Source of the DNA: Octopus bimaculoides
Taxonomy: Eukaryota
Direction: 5' to 3'
Length of the DNA stretch: 39,645 nt
Assembly (NCBI RefSeq): GCF_001194135.2
Contig: NC_068987.1
Span: forward strand, 27,108,697 to 27,148,341
Numbering within the stretch: position 1 is the stretch's first letter; each line of letters opens with the position of its first letter. A program made the translations under genes and the position numbers. Below are positions 10,979 through 23,336 of this stretch, one piece after another. The notes beneath the pieces were generated by a model that saw nothing but the letters and a program-made list of their open reading frames with translations, had not been told where the DNA came from and made no database searches.

Positions 10979-13858
10979 TTATTAAATTAGAGGCACTAGT
11001 GAAGTAGCACTGAAGCCATTTCAGATAGTTTTACTTCATTTTATGGTGTGATCACATTGGAAAGGTGAGTCAATTGGGCTACTAGATCGCAAAGCACTCT
11101 CTGGACTTGAAATTAATTACCAATGTAGCAAAAAAAAAAACAAAAAAAAAACAAGACGCCAAATCCTTCAATCACCAAAGCCACACTGAGTCACTTCTAC
11201 TACTCGGATGTTAGTTGGTGTATGATCCATGCCAGTTAGGTCACCCTGGTGTCGGTTTCTGATTCTGAAAGACCTTAAACGCTTCGGAACTCCAGAAACA
11301 TCGCTGATGAAGCATTTCAGAGAATTCGAGTAATTTATCTTCGAATTAACAACACATATTTCTCCATTCGCTGTAACACATACTGTAAGATAAAAAATCT
11401 ATTTTAGTATACAGCATCAATTCTCCATTACTCAGGATGACTTTCTTTTTCAAGTAGTGGGTTGGAATTTTATAGAGATTTAGCTTTCCTTTATATTAGA
11501 TCGATCGATCACTTTGTAACTACAACACTGTTTTGAATTTTGTTAAATTGTTCGTCAGGGTATGTTGATTCATATTAGCTATGTGAAACAAAGCCAGTTT
11601 CTTTTCTAAACAGTTCATTCTGTCTGTATATCATAATGCAATATTTATATTTTACTTGCCATCATTTACCTATATTCAAATATAATTGAACCACAATAAA
11701 GTTATCCAGCTGAAATTGTTGTATTGATGCATTTTATGTTTGTCTTTCTGGCAGTATAAAATTGTTGCTAACTGAATTCTTTGTTTCCCACAATGATATA
11801 TACTTTCACAGCGTAGAAAACATAAAATATATGTTGAGTTTTATATGTTATTTTATTACTATAACATTGCATTATATAACTATGCAACGATTTTTATAAA
11901 TTCTTAACATAATGTTTCCCGATAAAAATGTATATCCTTGTCCAAAAAAGACGGTTTGATTTATTCCACACTAGGATCAACTAAGATTTGAATCGTCAGT
12001 TTGAGGCCTCTATAGATTTACTGAGCTGAAGATATTTCGTTCTTTTAGAAAATACAAAACGTTGCTTTACTCTTAACCTAATATAGACAGCTAACCATTT
12101 CATATTGTTTGATTTCTCTTAGTTCATATTTTGAGATAAGCTGAAACTGACAGATGTTTTCCTTTTATGAATCTTATCACAGCTGCCATATAGCTTATTG
12201 GTAACTCCATGAACAGGACGTAGTTTTTATATTGTGGCATCATGTGAAAACTAGAATCTCTTAGTAATTCCATTCAGTGTCTTGCTATGTATAAGTTGAA
12301 TGAATGGGAAATATTTATTATAATCTTTGAATTCACACAGAATATATAAAATTTGTAACCATAAAATTATTTTCGGAAAATAATGTTAACCCTTTACTAC
12401 GACAGATCATTGGTTCTGCTATATCTGATAAGTCGAATATCTGTTCTACTCAACACTGACAACATTTCTCAAAAGATCTACAAATATAATCTTTGCTTTA
12501 TTTTTATTCTTTTCGTTATCACCTTCCAATGTTAAGAGCCATTGGTTAGTCTCCATCACTGCAGAATCAATGGCCAAATATCGTGTCATATATAGAAAAA
12601 GTCGAAAAACAAGACCAAAAATACATATTAAAGTGAGGTTAGAAAGCAACCATTGATCATTCAATGATTTCAAGTTGAAGACTTCCGTTCCACATGGTTG
12701 ACTCAGATGTATAGGTGATTAAATATTTTTGAACGTTATGTTAAAGAAAGCAGAATGCAATGTTGTTGAATCAATGCAGCGAAGCAGTTCCGTCCGGTTC
12801 GCTTCCAGTGAGTCTGTCAAAATACAGTTAAAGTTAATCATATATATTATGTAATATAAAAAGAAAGAATAGCCACCATGATAGAAGGAAACATTTCCAT
12901 TGATTTGCACCAAATTATTATAGATATGAATGTTTGCAATCTGTAAATAATTTCTACTGGTTATATTGAAGAAATTCATTTCATTCATTCTCTGTTTTAT
13001 TCATTTCTTTTTAAATTCTAAACTAGTTTTAGCCTCTTCTTCTTTAGCATTGCTACATTTATAGGTTTCCCGGATATAGATGTTGTGTATAGAATAGATT
13101 CAGATCGAGTTTACGTATGTTTTAAAGAAGCAGAAATGTCGCCTATCATTGGTCATTTGATGCATCACTTCTTTTAAGACAAAGGATAATTCATGACTAC
13201 CATTAATGAGTTTAACACATAATTTATTTCTTATATAAATCATCCACATATTTAATATAAAATATTCTATATAACAGAAAAACTTAATAAAACTTTAAAC
13301 TGATACTCTAAGGAAGTTTAAACACTTTCGAATTTATTTTTCTACCTAGTCACACTCTACATTAGCCATTGTTTTTTTCATTTTACAGTTCAGTAAAATT
13401 AATTCCTGTTGTTCAGTAGCTTCAACTAAATTAATTTATCGGTTACATATGACTGAAAGATTATGCTAACAATTCAACTGTTATTCAATTTTAAATATTT
13501 CAAACTTCACATTTTGTGTTTGTATTCTTTATTCAGTTTTAACATATGATATCTTTATTCCATCTGGATAATTCCAGTACGTTGTTTTGATGGTTTTCTT
13601 GTTTATTGCCTCAATGCTTGCTAAATTGTTTCAGCTAAACTTTCCTTCAAAATGGATAGTCTGTAATATCAAAGGTTTGTGTTATTCTATAAATTGCAAG
13701 TATATAAAATATATACTTAGCTATACGCTTCCCCTTCAATATTTAAACATCTCTGTCGAAATATTTAATTGCTTCTCTTGAATATGGAAGAGAACTTAAA
13801 TATAAATGGATTTCTATAACTCGAGTGAAATGTACCAAGATGAACATGCTACTTTGAC

Positions 13859-14043
13859 AGTATATATATATATATATATATATATCCAGAGAGAGAGAGA
13901 GAGAGGGGGGAGATAGATAGATAGATATACATACATATAAGTGTGTGTGCATCTGTATGCATACACAAACATACACACATGCACATATATATGAATGTGT
14001 GTCTGTATATGTGCTTCTGTGTATATTTGTGCAAAGAGACAGT

Positions 14044-14091
<48 letters not shown>

Positions 14092-14110
14092 AAAAGAGAA
14101 AGAAATAGAG
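13859..14110. repeat. Compound microsatellites (TA)n, (GA)n, CA/TG
   Basis: Directly visible. Confidence 0.95.
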
Positions 14111-14519
14111 AGAAACACTGGGAAAGTTATGTTTCATACACATACAATTGAGATTATTACTCCAAGACTTAATCATCTGCTCTATATCTAGCGCCTCTGG
14201 TTAATATTAACAGAACCATCTTACTCAGAATCATTATCATTATTGCAATGTTAATTTATCTTGCTCCTTAAAATAATTACGAACTGAATAAGTATAATTG
14301 CCGACAGTTTATTATAGAGTAATTCGGTTTATATGCAATGAATAAATTTAGTTAAAATTTCATTTTATAAAACATCAGTAGAAAGGATGCAAAATAGATT
14401 TTTATGTTCCTTTGACACAGGTACTTCGCAACATCCTTAATTATCAAAACTTCAAACTTCTTCAAATAAAATACATTACTATGAATTTTTAACACTTACG
14501 CTGGAGGAATTGACTCTCA

Positions 14520-15090
14520 TCGTGGTTTTCGTAATCTGATACTGATTAGACGAATGCAGTTCATAGTCTTCTGCAAGTGGGGTTGTTGCATAGTAAAATA
14601 TCGATAGAGAGGGAGATCCATAATTAAGGCATCCTAATGAAAGAAGGCTGAAAATAAGACTTAGGAGCTGCATTGTTATGATGGTCAGAATATGTATAAA
14701 AAAACGAGGTGAGATGATTTATATAGTGGTGGACTCGACGAGAGTGAGAGCTCTGAAAAGATCAGACCTCTAAAAAGATCAGACCTCTGAAAAGATCAGA
14801 CCTCTGAAAAGATCAGACCTCTGAAAAGATCAGACCTCTGAAGTAGTGGTAGAGACACCAGGAGACAATCAACCGTGAACATTTTATAAATGTAATTTAG
14901 GATATCTGAATATGTACCAGCAGCGCAGTCTGAAATGTATGTGCAGAGTTCTATTGTAGTTCTCACCAGCGCTTTGTTGGCGGTTAATAGCGCCTGGGAA
15001 AATGGTCGGAGTTTCTGACACAATATTTTTAAGCTTGGGATCAAAAGCGATGGCGGTGGCCGAAGGGTTGTAGCTCCCTTGAAGCTTCTT
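14520..15090 (-). mobile_element. CR1/L2-like LINE RT C-terminal remnant
   Basis: QALLTANKALVRTTIELCTYISDCAAGTYSDILN resembles LLxLYKAxVRPxxEYC...LD. Downstream SYFQPSFIRMP*LWISLS resembles SFFxRTxxLWNSLP. Confidence 0.55.
14751..14842. repeat. Minisatellite, 17-bp unit ctctgaaaagatcagac x5.4
   Basis: Five near-perfect units (one g>a change) plus a partial unit. Confidence 0.97.
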
Positions 15091-15562
15091 GTGACTAGTT
15101 TTTCATATTAATGGAGATTATGTACTGTTGAAAGAAACAAAATGGAGATGAAACGGCGAGATTATATTTTGATGTATGTGTTTATGAAGACAGTGCACGT
15201 TTAACATTTAAGGGTTTCGACCGCTTCTTTTTCTTCTCTTTCTTCATTTCCTTATTCCTTTACTCCTGTCCCCTGTGTCGTCATTTCATTAATCTGTAAT
15301 CTTCTCGTTTTCCCTATATTTTTCCGATGACGGAATATCCCATACTCTGGGATATCCCAGAAACAGCTATAAGATTTAATTTTGTTCCAATAATAATAAT
15401 GTATACGACTTGTGATGTTAGCCTTACCTTAACGTTTTTGTTCTCTTCAGCAATTATATATTCGCTATATCAGAAATCTTCAGCCATAGAAATCCGTTAC
15501 AGCACTCACCTAGCGTACCTAGTCATTCACATCACCCGTGAACTAGACCCCCATATTTTTTT

Positions 15563-15563
<1 letters not shown>

Positions 15564-15628
<65 letters not shown>

Positions 15629-15730
15629 TATACATATATATATAAGTATGTGCGTGTGTGTGTGCGTGTGCGTGTGTGCGTGTATATATACATGTATGTG
15701 AGTATGTGTGTCTGAGTATATATACATATG
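15564..15730. repeat. (TA)n/(TG)n microsatellite
   Basis: Directly visible. Confidence 0.95.
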
Positions 15731-17977
15731 AGTGAATATTGTCAAGGGTTCAATGACGTACAACACTAAAGCTATTTATCTCTAACAATAGGAAGCTCAA
15801 AAGTATTTTAACTCTAAATATCAGGAATACTGATATTAAGGTCGAAAAACGATGCTTTGCTTTATTTTGCATTGTTGAATAGCAGGAAAATGTATGAAAA
15901 AAATCCTCAGAAACTAAATATGAAAATATATTTTAGAAAAGAAACAAAATAACAAACCAAGCAACACCACAGAATTATATATATCAAAGAAAGAATTTGA
16001 AATAGTTTATTTCATTTTTGATGATTAAATAAATGTAATAAATATTCTCCCGACTGATGCTGTTATAACTTAATGAAGCTTCTCTTCCGTTGTCAAGTAT
16101 TGCACTGGAAAGCAGTCATAGATTGTTCGAATGCGATAGTTAATGAAATTATCGATGGGATTTGATATTGATTGACCGTACAGTAATCTGTAACAATAAT
16201 CTATATTTATGGTAAATATTAATACGAGCTTTTCTTTCCTTTCTTTTTTGTGTAGATATACCTAGATGCATAGATGCATACACATGTACACATCTACACA
16301 CATACATTTAACATATGTATGTGTGAATTTTGTGTGTATGCAGTGAAATCTTCGACATTTTCAATACTTTTCTCCCAAATGTTTCTAACAAATTGGTCAA
16401 ATTATGTATGCAGGCATGTACTTAAATATTCTATGCACCACACTAGTACAAATATACAATATTTATAATCATGGATTATTTTTTTAAAATATGTTTGCTT
16501 ATTTCGAAAAGATAATTATTAATTGTTTTATTTGTATATACGTATTTGCCTTACTTCGTTTGCTGAAAATGAAAATCAATATCGCATATATTTACTAGAA
16601 TGAGCATTATCGACCTGGTTGTTTATAAGAATGTAAGTAGATGGTGGAGAGATGGATTAGTATCCATCATCTAAATAGTACAAAATGAGTCGTTAAGTAT
16701 GTGTTATTGGTGTTGAGGGTCCTTAAATAAATATATACGTTTAACGGACATTAAGCATGTTTTAAACAGCAACGTAAGCATGACATATTTGTGTAAGTAA
16801 AATACAGAATATGTTTTGCCATACAACTACCAATTAAAATATTTAAAAAGAGAAAACAACATTACTACTAGAAATGTATTAAAATTTTGGTTTTGTAATT
16901 GAATATTAATATGCAGTTTAATATTTCTCTTGTGTTTTGTTATCAAAACATAACTAATTCGACGGTAAATAGTTTTAATCTTCTCTCACGTGTAGTCACA
17001 GCCTCCTCTTACACATACACACACGTACACACACACGCACACACGAACACATATACTCAGATTCACCGCCTCCACATATACGCTCATTCATACAAACATA
17101 CAAACGGTTGAGCGCTGCATTTATTGAATGAATCAATTGATAGTGTACTGTTGTGCATTCCAATTATATTCTAGAATGAAAATAATTTCCTAATACTTCG
17201 AACGAAATATAATTTTACAAAACTTGCATGCTGCTCAGTTACTTCTGTAATAATGTTAGCTGAGTTCACCTCCTGATCATTTTTGTTATTTTCTTCCTCT
17301 AACTTCCTGTAATGTGCTGAAGTCTATAATTATGAATAATCCGTAACGTTTTGTCTGAGTTGATATAATTATTACTGCTTGATATTAATCAAAAGTGCAT
17401 TAAACGTTTTCTTAATTTCTTAACAAAATAAATTGTAGAAATCTGTTATGGCTTCCTTGAGAAAATCTCCAAAAGACTATGTTCTTACTTATTTTCAAGC
17501 GCTATGTAACAACAATCATACATTATGTGCCAGGAATTACAAACATACAGTAAGATTCTTGTAGTCTTCTAACTCGATATACAGTAAATACTGCAACGTA
17601 TTTTTTTTTTTAAATTACTAAATTCGAAGTAACCTTTCAGGTAGTCAAGAATATTTCTGGTTCAATGAAATAATGCCAAAACCCCTACACACATTAATAT
17701 GTCTGCTTAGAAAAGTTTGTAATACAATACAATTCACACTTACGCTAAATTACACTTGACTAAATAAGAACTAGTTGTCCTCTTCGCTAGCCTAACTGCT
17801 GCGCAATAACTATATGTAAGAAAATGACTGAAGATTCTGATGTTATATCATACCTGTTATTTATATCTTAATAGCATAAAATGGAATATATTAAATATTG
17901 ATTATCAACAAATATTTAATTATAGAATACATGATATGTTAATTAAAAATAATTCATCAAAAACAGAGCATTACGGA

Positions 17978-18182
17978 TGTGGGGGGAGTGCTGAAAAGTT
18001 CCTGGCTTTGGTTAAGAGAAAATACAGGAAGGTCAGTGAATAGCAATTTTATTCAACATATTCCCTTCTCTCATCCACACACTTATTGCAATGGTCCTTC
18101 TGTTTTCTAAGCCTTGTAATCGAAGGCTCCCAGGCCTCTCACGATATCCTTGAAGCAAGGAAATTTTCAGCATCCCCTAGTA
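17978..18182 (-). mobile_element. Mariner-derived MITE / internally deleted element (~200 bp)
   Basis: TIRs ggggagtgctgaaaagttcctggctt and aagcaaggaaattttcagcatcccctag+TA. Internal reverse complement gggaatatgttgaataa encodes the mariner C-terminus GEYVE*. Confidence 0.8.
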
Positions 18183-18338
18183 AAGAATCAGGGTTGCGTG
18201 ATGTAAGTGATCGTGAAGCCTATTATGTGAAAGCGTGGAATCGAAGAAAGAAAAATGGACAAAACTATAAATAAATGGAAAATGACATGAATATTTGTAT
18301 GTGGCTTTTATCCAACATTGCGTGCTATTGTAAAATAT

Positions 18339-18787
18339 ATTCTTTTATTCGTTTACTTGTTTCAGTCATTTGATTGCGGCCATGATGGAGCACCGCCTTA
18401 AAGACCCCAGGTCTTAATCTTTGTAAGAATAGTACTTATTCTAACGGTTCTTTAGCTTAACCGTTAAGTTACAGGGACGACCGGCAACGGTTGTTAAGCA
18501 ATGACGTGAGGACAAACACATAAATACACACATACATACAACCCCCCCCACACACACACACACGAACACCCACACCCACACACAAACATCCCCACATCCC
18601 CAAACACCCCCAAACACATATACGATGGGCTTCTTTCAGTTTCCGTCTACCGAATCCATTGACAAGGCTTTGGTCGGCTCGTGGCTATTATAGTAGACAC
18701 TTGCGCAAAGTGTCACGCTGTGGGAATGGACCCGGAACCATGTGGTTGGGAAGCAAGCTTTCTACCATACAGACTGAGCTGTGCCTC
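18339..18787 (-). mobile_element. tRNA-derived SINE (family B) with internal CA microsatellite
   Basis: Reverse complement aligns with 29019-29438: tRNA-like head, internal microsatellite, aataaaagaat tail. Confidence 0.9.
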
Positions 18788-18859
18788 TTCAATTAATTAT
18801 GCATTGATACAGTTGAACAATAACAATATTACTTTCAGCGAAAATTTTATTAGAATGTT

Positions 18860-18975
18860 GGCCATGCGATAACTAAAACATTGGTTTGATACTCAGGCCA
18901 TGTTGCACATAGTGTCTTTGAGCAAAACAATTCACTTTACGTTGTTCTTCTACACTCAGTTACAATTATGTACAC
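18860..18975 (+). mobile_element. SINE fragment with CORE-like body
   Basis: ggtttgatactc (B-box-like) followed by gtgtctttgagcaaaacaattcactttacgttg...cactcag. Confidence 0.55.
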
Positions 18976-19146
18976 GTGACACATGCAAAATAACCTTGAT
19001 ACGGTCTGACGTCCTGTCAAAGCCAATTTTTTTGAAAAATCCATCTAAGCTCCAGCCTCAGAAGCCTCTTAGCTTGATGTTGGCAAAAAAAAAAAAACAA
19101 CAAGGATATTATTTTGAGGAAATCATTAAATATTAATGATCTATTT

Positions 19147-19331
19147 CAGTGGTTCCCAAACTGGGGTCCACTGAAATAGACGGTGGTCTGCAAAGGTAAG
19201 TACTGCGTGTCCGTGAACTAAATTCAAAATTTTCACACACACACAAGGATAAGCATATTAAAAAGGGTCCGTAGGAAAACTCATTTAAATAAAAGTCTTA
19301 GGAACCACTGTTTAAAGGTTGAGAACCACTA
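19147..19331. mobile_element. hAT (Charlie-like) MITE with 8-bp target-site duplication
   Basis: TIRs cagtggttcccaaac and ggttgagaaccacta; flanks atctattt (19139-19146) and gtctattt (19332-19339). Confidence 0.85.
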
Positions 19332-19415
19332 GTCTATTTAAAGAGACCTCTGTAAAGCAAACTTATCTAGTTATAAAAAAATTACCACTGTAAATTGGCA
19401 GGTAATATATTATGA

Positions 19416-19521
19416 GCTGTGTATATTGTCTTAAAATAATTTTGTGTTTTATGTTTTAAAATAATTTTGTGTTTTATTACGTGCTGTGTATATTGTGTCT
19501 TAAAATAATCTTGTGTTTTAT
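19416..19521. repeat. Local imperfect tandem duplication
   Basis: ttaaaataat(t/c)ttgtgttttat occurs three times and gctgtgtatattgt twice. Confidence 0.8.
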
Positions 19522-20799
19522 CTTTTATTACAGGTAAAAGTCAGTTCATTTTGCGTCTATTTTTAATATCACACAGGATGTGTATTTCAAGAAGACTTTA
19601 CACAATCTGTGTCCAACGAATAAAAAATTTTATAAACATTTCTATATACATTGTTTCTACTTATGCCTGAAAATAAAAGCCGTGATAGTGTTCTTCATTT
19701 GACGCGAATATTGTTGAAATAATCTAGGTGTAGCTGTAGTGATATGAATTTTTGATATACAGTTACAAAACCTATTCAGAGATGCTTGTTTATGCAAGTA
19801 TTTTTTGTCTGTGAACTTGTATTATGAAGATGATGGTCATATATCTAAATAATACTGCATTATAGAACTAATATTAAAATATTCATTGCAGTAACTGGTC
19901 TTAAATATAATTTAAATAAAATGTATAGATTTTCTATCAGAATCATTACAGTCTTTCATTATGAACAGCGAGTTGGCGCCGATTTGTTAGCAGAGAGTTT
20001 CTTGAAAGTGTCACACTGCGAAAAGAAATTTTGTTTCGCTTTTTGAATACTGTACAAAATCAAAGAGAATAAGTTTACATGTAAAATCTGATAGTGTGTC
20101 ACAAAATTTTCCCTATATTGCATGTAAACCTTAGCTTTATTGTTTCAAAAATAAAAGCTTTATACATGTGATTTAATATATTATCATGTACAGAGATAAT
20201 ATCAATGGCGAGAAGTAAATTCCTTTTCGAAGGAATAGATTTTGGCGTAGATGAATAAACCAGCAGTAAACTACATACATTTCTACAGCTCATTAGGAAA
20301 TAGAAGCTATAATTAGTGAACCAAGATATGCACGTTAAAACAATATACATTACTTCCTTATAATTACTCAGTCCTTCAACGATATAAGGAATTAAATTCA
20401 AATGATCTAACTATTAGCATCGCTTTTTCACCCTATTGTTTCTAGAAATAACAAAAGTGTATAGCCTGAGCGTTAGTTATACAATTACATTCGCCATCTT
20501 AGATTATAATATTAATTTACACTGTTTTAAGCTTTTGAATGTATTCTAATACAATACTCTCTTACCCCCTGTCATTCTGCCTCTCTCTTTCTCCTTGTTC
20601 CTTTTCTTCTATCTGTCATGTGCCATTTCTATTGGCATCGATGATCGTGGAATTCAATGCTGTTCTAAACACCACCCCCACAAAAGTTAAGAATTTATTG
20701 AGCCAGTCTTTCGCAAGCCAGCTGTGAAGGCCACAGATTATCTCTATCATTTCTAGTTTTTTTTTTTCCATTTCAGCATTTCAGGTGTTATAAGGTGTC

Positions 20800-21260
20800 C
20801 AAAGCTATTTTTCTTCATGTCGGATCCGGGTCGAAAGGATTGGGCCTCTCATCTTATGCTGTTGAGAAACATTCTGATGTTTTATTTTTCTCTTCTGGGG
20901 ACCAAAGTATTTGTATGTATGTGGAGAGGATACCATCAGCATTCTTGCTAGAGACCACATATCAGCAGCATGTATGAGATATTTTGTATGTGTTTAATGA
21001 TGTTCCATGTCACAGAGTAGGATGGATCTCCAGAGACTCATTTCGTCATTCTTCCTGATAATTAATTTCTTTGATAATAATTGCAGTCTTAGCCTGCTCA
21101 GTTCCTGCCTTAATTATTTTGATGCTTTTGCCATCTGATACAATGAAGTTGCGCAAACATTTAAAGCCACCAACTTGTTTCAAGGTGGTCCTATTAACTC
21201 TTATGTTAGAAATTAGCAGCATTTTCTTTCAGATTGTCAATGTTTCTCTTTCCCACCAAT
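20800..21260 (-). mobile_element. RTE-clade LINE RT C-terminal remnant
   Basis: Minus-strand NIRVNRTTLKQVGGFKCLRNFIVSDGKSIKIIKAGTEQAKTA resembles LEQVxxFKYLGSxITSDG...IxxAKxA; AADMWSLARML resembles AFEMWxxRRML. Confidence 0.7.
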
Positions 21261-21600
21261 GTGTATGACCAGTAGATGTTATATAGCTTGCAGATTTATT
21301 TCAATATACAATGTAAGCGTTCCTTGTGATAAAAATCACCCCTGTCGTAGGCCTTTATTTATTTCATTACTGTTGATTACAGCGCTAGAATGGTTTGGAA
21401 GTGCAAAATTATAAACTTCCTCAATAACGCCTATGAAACAGGATAAATTACAAAAGGAATACAACACAGAACTAGCATCCATATGAGCTGCATTATAAAA
21501 CTCTTACCGTGAGACATGATGCTCAAATCCAGAACTAGAATAAACCCGGATATATCCGATATGCAATGTTGAATTGTTGACGAAAAAACGAACACTTTAT

Positions 21601-21695
21601 GCTGTTACGCATCGTAGTGGTTAAGAGCGTGCGCTATCAACTCCAAGATACCGAGTTCGATTCCAGGCTGTGACCTGAACAACAACAACAACAAC

Positions 21696-21753
<58 letters not shown>

Positions 21754-21811
21754 TCGAAAAATACTCTTGGAATGAGATCCCAGTTTTGAAATTTCCTTAA
21801 GACACCTGAAA
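21601..21811 (+). mobile_element. tRNA-derived SINE (family C) with internal (AAC)n(AAT)n, 3'-truncated
   Basis: A-box tagtggttaag, B-box gagttcgattcc, AAC/AAT array at 21678-21751, then a short body ending at cacctga. Confidence 0.75.
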
Positions 21812-21844
21812 TGAAATATGAAATGAAATATGAAATGTAGTACG

Positions 21845-23185
21845 CAAATTACCGGTCTCACTTGAAAACGAAACGGAATGCAAAAAAGGACAAATTCATA
21901 ACAGAAATGAAGAGAATACTGTAGAGAGGAAAAGTAAATAGGAACAGGATTCGTGCTAAACGAAACCAAGACGTGAACCTATAATCAATTTGTGATGGCG
22001 TACTGATGTAAGCACAGGGAGTAGTAATTCCTGAAACACTGCAAAAGAAAATCCTGAGGGAATTCTATGTTGGACATCCTGGTATTTGGAGGATGAAAGC
22101 TTTAATGCATAGCTATGTGTACTGGCCAAACTTGGATAGAGAAATTGAAAATTTAGTGAAAGCCTGTAGACGATGTGCCCTAGCAGCAAAATTACCGACC
22201 ATAAAAAGTGAATCTTGGTCAAAAGTAGATATGTGCCGTGGTCGAAACTACAGATCAATTTCGCTGGTCCTTTAAACAGTTAATACTACTTAGTGGTAGT
22301 AGATAGTTTCTCTAAATGGCAAGAAATTTGTAAGTATGAACACTGAAAATCCAGCCTCCTCGTGTACGACAAACTTTCTACATGAAGTTTTTGCGATATT
22401 TGGTGTTCCAGAAAGGATATTGACTGGCAGTGGGAGGCAATTTGTCTCTTTTGAGTTTACAAAGTTTTGTAAAACGTTCGCTGTAGAACATATAACTATG
22501 GCGCCATGCCATCCCAAATCTACAGAACAAGCAGAGAGCTTTGTCGATGGTTTCAAGATAGCCCTAAAAAATTGAATAAGGCAGTCACAGATGAAGTAGC
22601 TCCACAACAGTTCTTAAGGGTATAGCGTGTGACGCCAAATCCAAATACACCAGGTGATATGACATCAGTTGAACTGATGTTTGCGAGAAAAATAAAATCA
22701 GTCTTCTATAAATTGCTACCTGGTGGGAAAAGAAAAATTGCAATGGAAAATGCAGAAAAGATATTTGAAAATTCAAGTAAATGTATTTGTTAGGGCATAA
22801 AAGAACAGAAAATAGTTGGGAAGATGGAGTGGTTACGAAAGGCATAGGAAAACTGCTACACTTAGTAAAAGATAGAAAAGTGGTACACAAGAGACACATC
22901 AATCAACTAAAAAATGAATCGTTGAGAACGAAGCCCAGAGAAATGGTTATATGATACTTTTCAAGTACCAACACCACTACAAATAATTAAACTCAGACGC
23001 ACAGGTGAAAGAAAAAGAAAATGTACGGAGTTCCTGGAAGTTGATGCTAAACGAAAACAGTATTAAATGGGTAACTGTATGAAGAAAAAAACTCAAAATA
23101 GGAGGTGAGGTGATGTAAACATTATTTCTAATAAAAAGAAATAAAATTACACTCCCTAAGAAAAAAGAAAACTTAAAAAGAGAGC
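21845..23185 (+). mobile_element. Ty3/Gypsy LTR retrotransposon internal fragment (integrase pseudogene)
   Basis: GHPGIWRMKALMHSYVYWPNLDREIENLVKACRRC (Zn-finger region), INFAGP...LVVVDSFSKW, FGVPERILTGSGRQF and QAESFVDGFK (integrase core). Multiple stops and frameshifts; two catalytic Asp positions are altered. Confidence 0.92.
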
Positions 23186-23336
23186 TGTTATGGGGATAAT
23201 ATGAACAATGGAACACCCCACTCACGTGCCGAGTGGTATGTGTTACAAATATTGTGACGTCGAGCAGTCGTTCGTGGTAGTCGTGTCATATTTGTCTAAC
23301 TAACTTTACAGCTATACCGGAGTGGACGTTATAACA
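23186..23336 (+). mobile_element. Putative 3' LTR of the Gypsy element (151 bp)
   Basis: Begins tgttat directly after the purine tract aaaaagagagc and ends ataaca (TG...CA, 6-bp terminal inverted repeat). Confidence 0.6.

Noticed and set aside
11300-11340. Other CTGATGA/CTGACGA matches (11305, 11555 minus, 24114 minus, 25004, 35792)
   Set aside because: No correctly spaced stem II plus GAAA plus stem III with a pairing stem I; consistent with chance 7-mer matches.
14479-14673. Minus-strand ORF resembling a signal-peptide exon (MQLLSLIFSLLSLGCL...) ending at a GTAAGT donor after 14500
   Set aside because: The same bases in another frame give the LINE C-terminal motif SF..R...LW.SL, collinear with the RT remnant upstream, so an alternative frame of a decayed LINE is the simpler explanation. 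Exonisation cannot be excluded without RNA data.
14751-14842. Regular direct repeats as a possible CRISPR array
   Set aside because: Head-to-tail 17-mers with no spacers, no cas genes, and a eukaryotic context.
1835-17129. Shared 16-mer ctgcatttattgaatg at ~1835 and ~17114
   Set aside because: The flanks do not align, so it is treated as a chance AT-rich match or an unresolvable ancient repeat.
21601-21677. tRNA-like sequences with A/B boxes (also ~1003, ~10978, ~29019)
   Set aside because: They continue into shared repeat bodies and lack a full cloverleaf acceptor stem; they are SINE heads, not tRNA genes.
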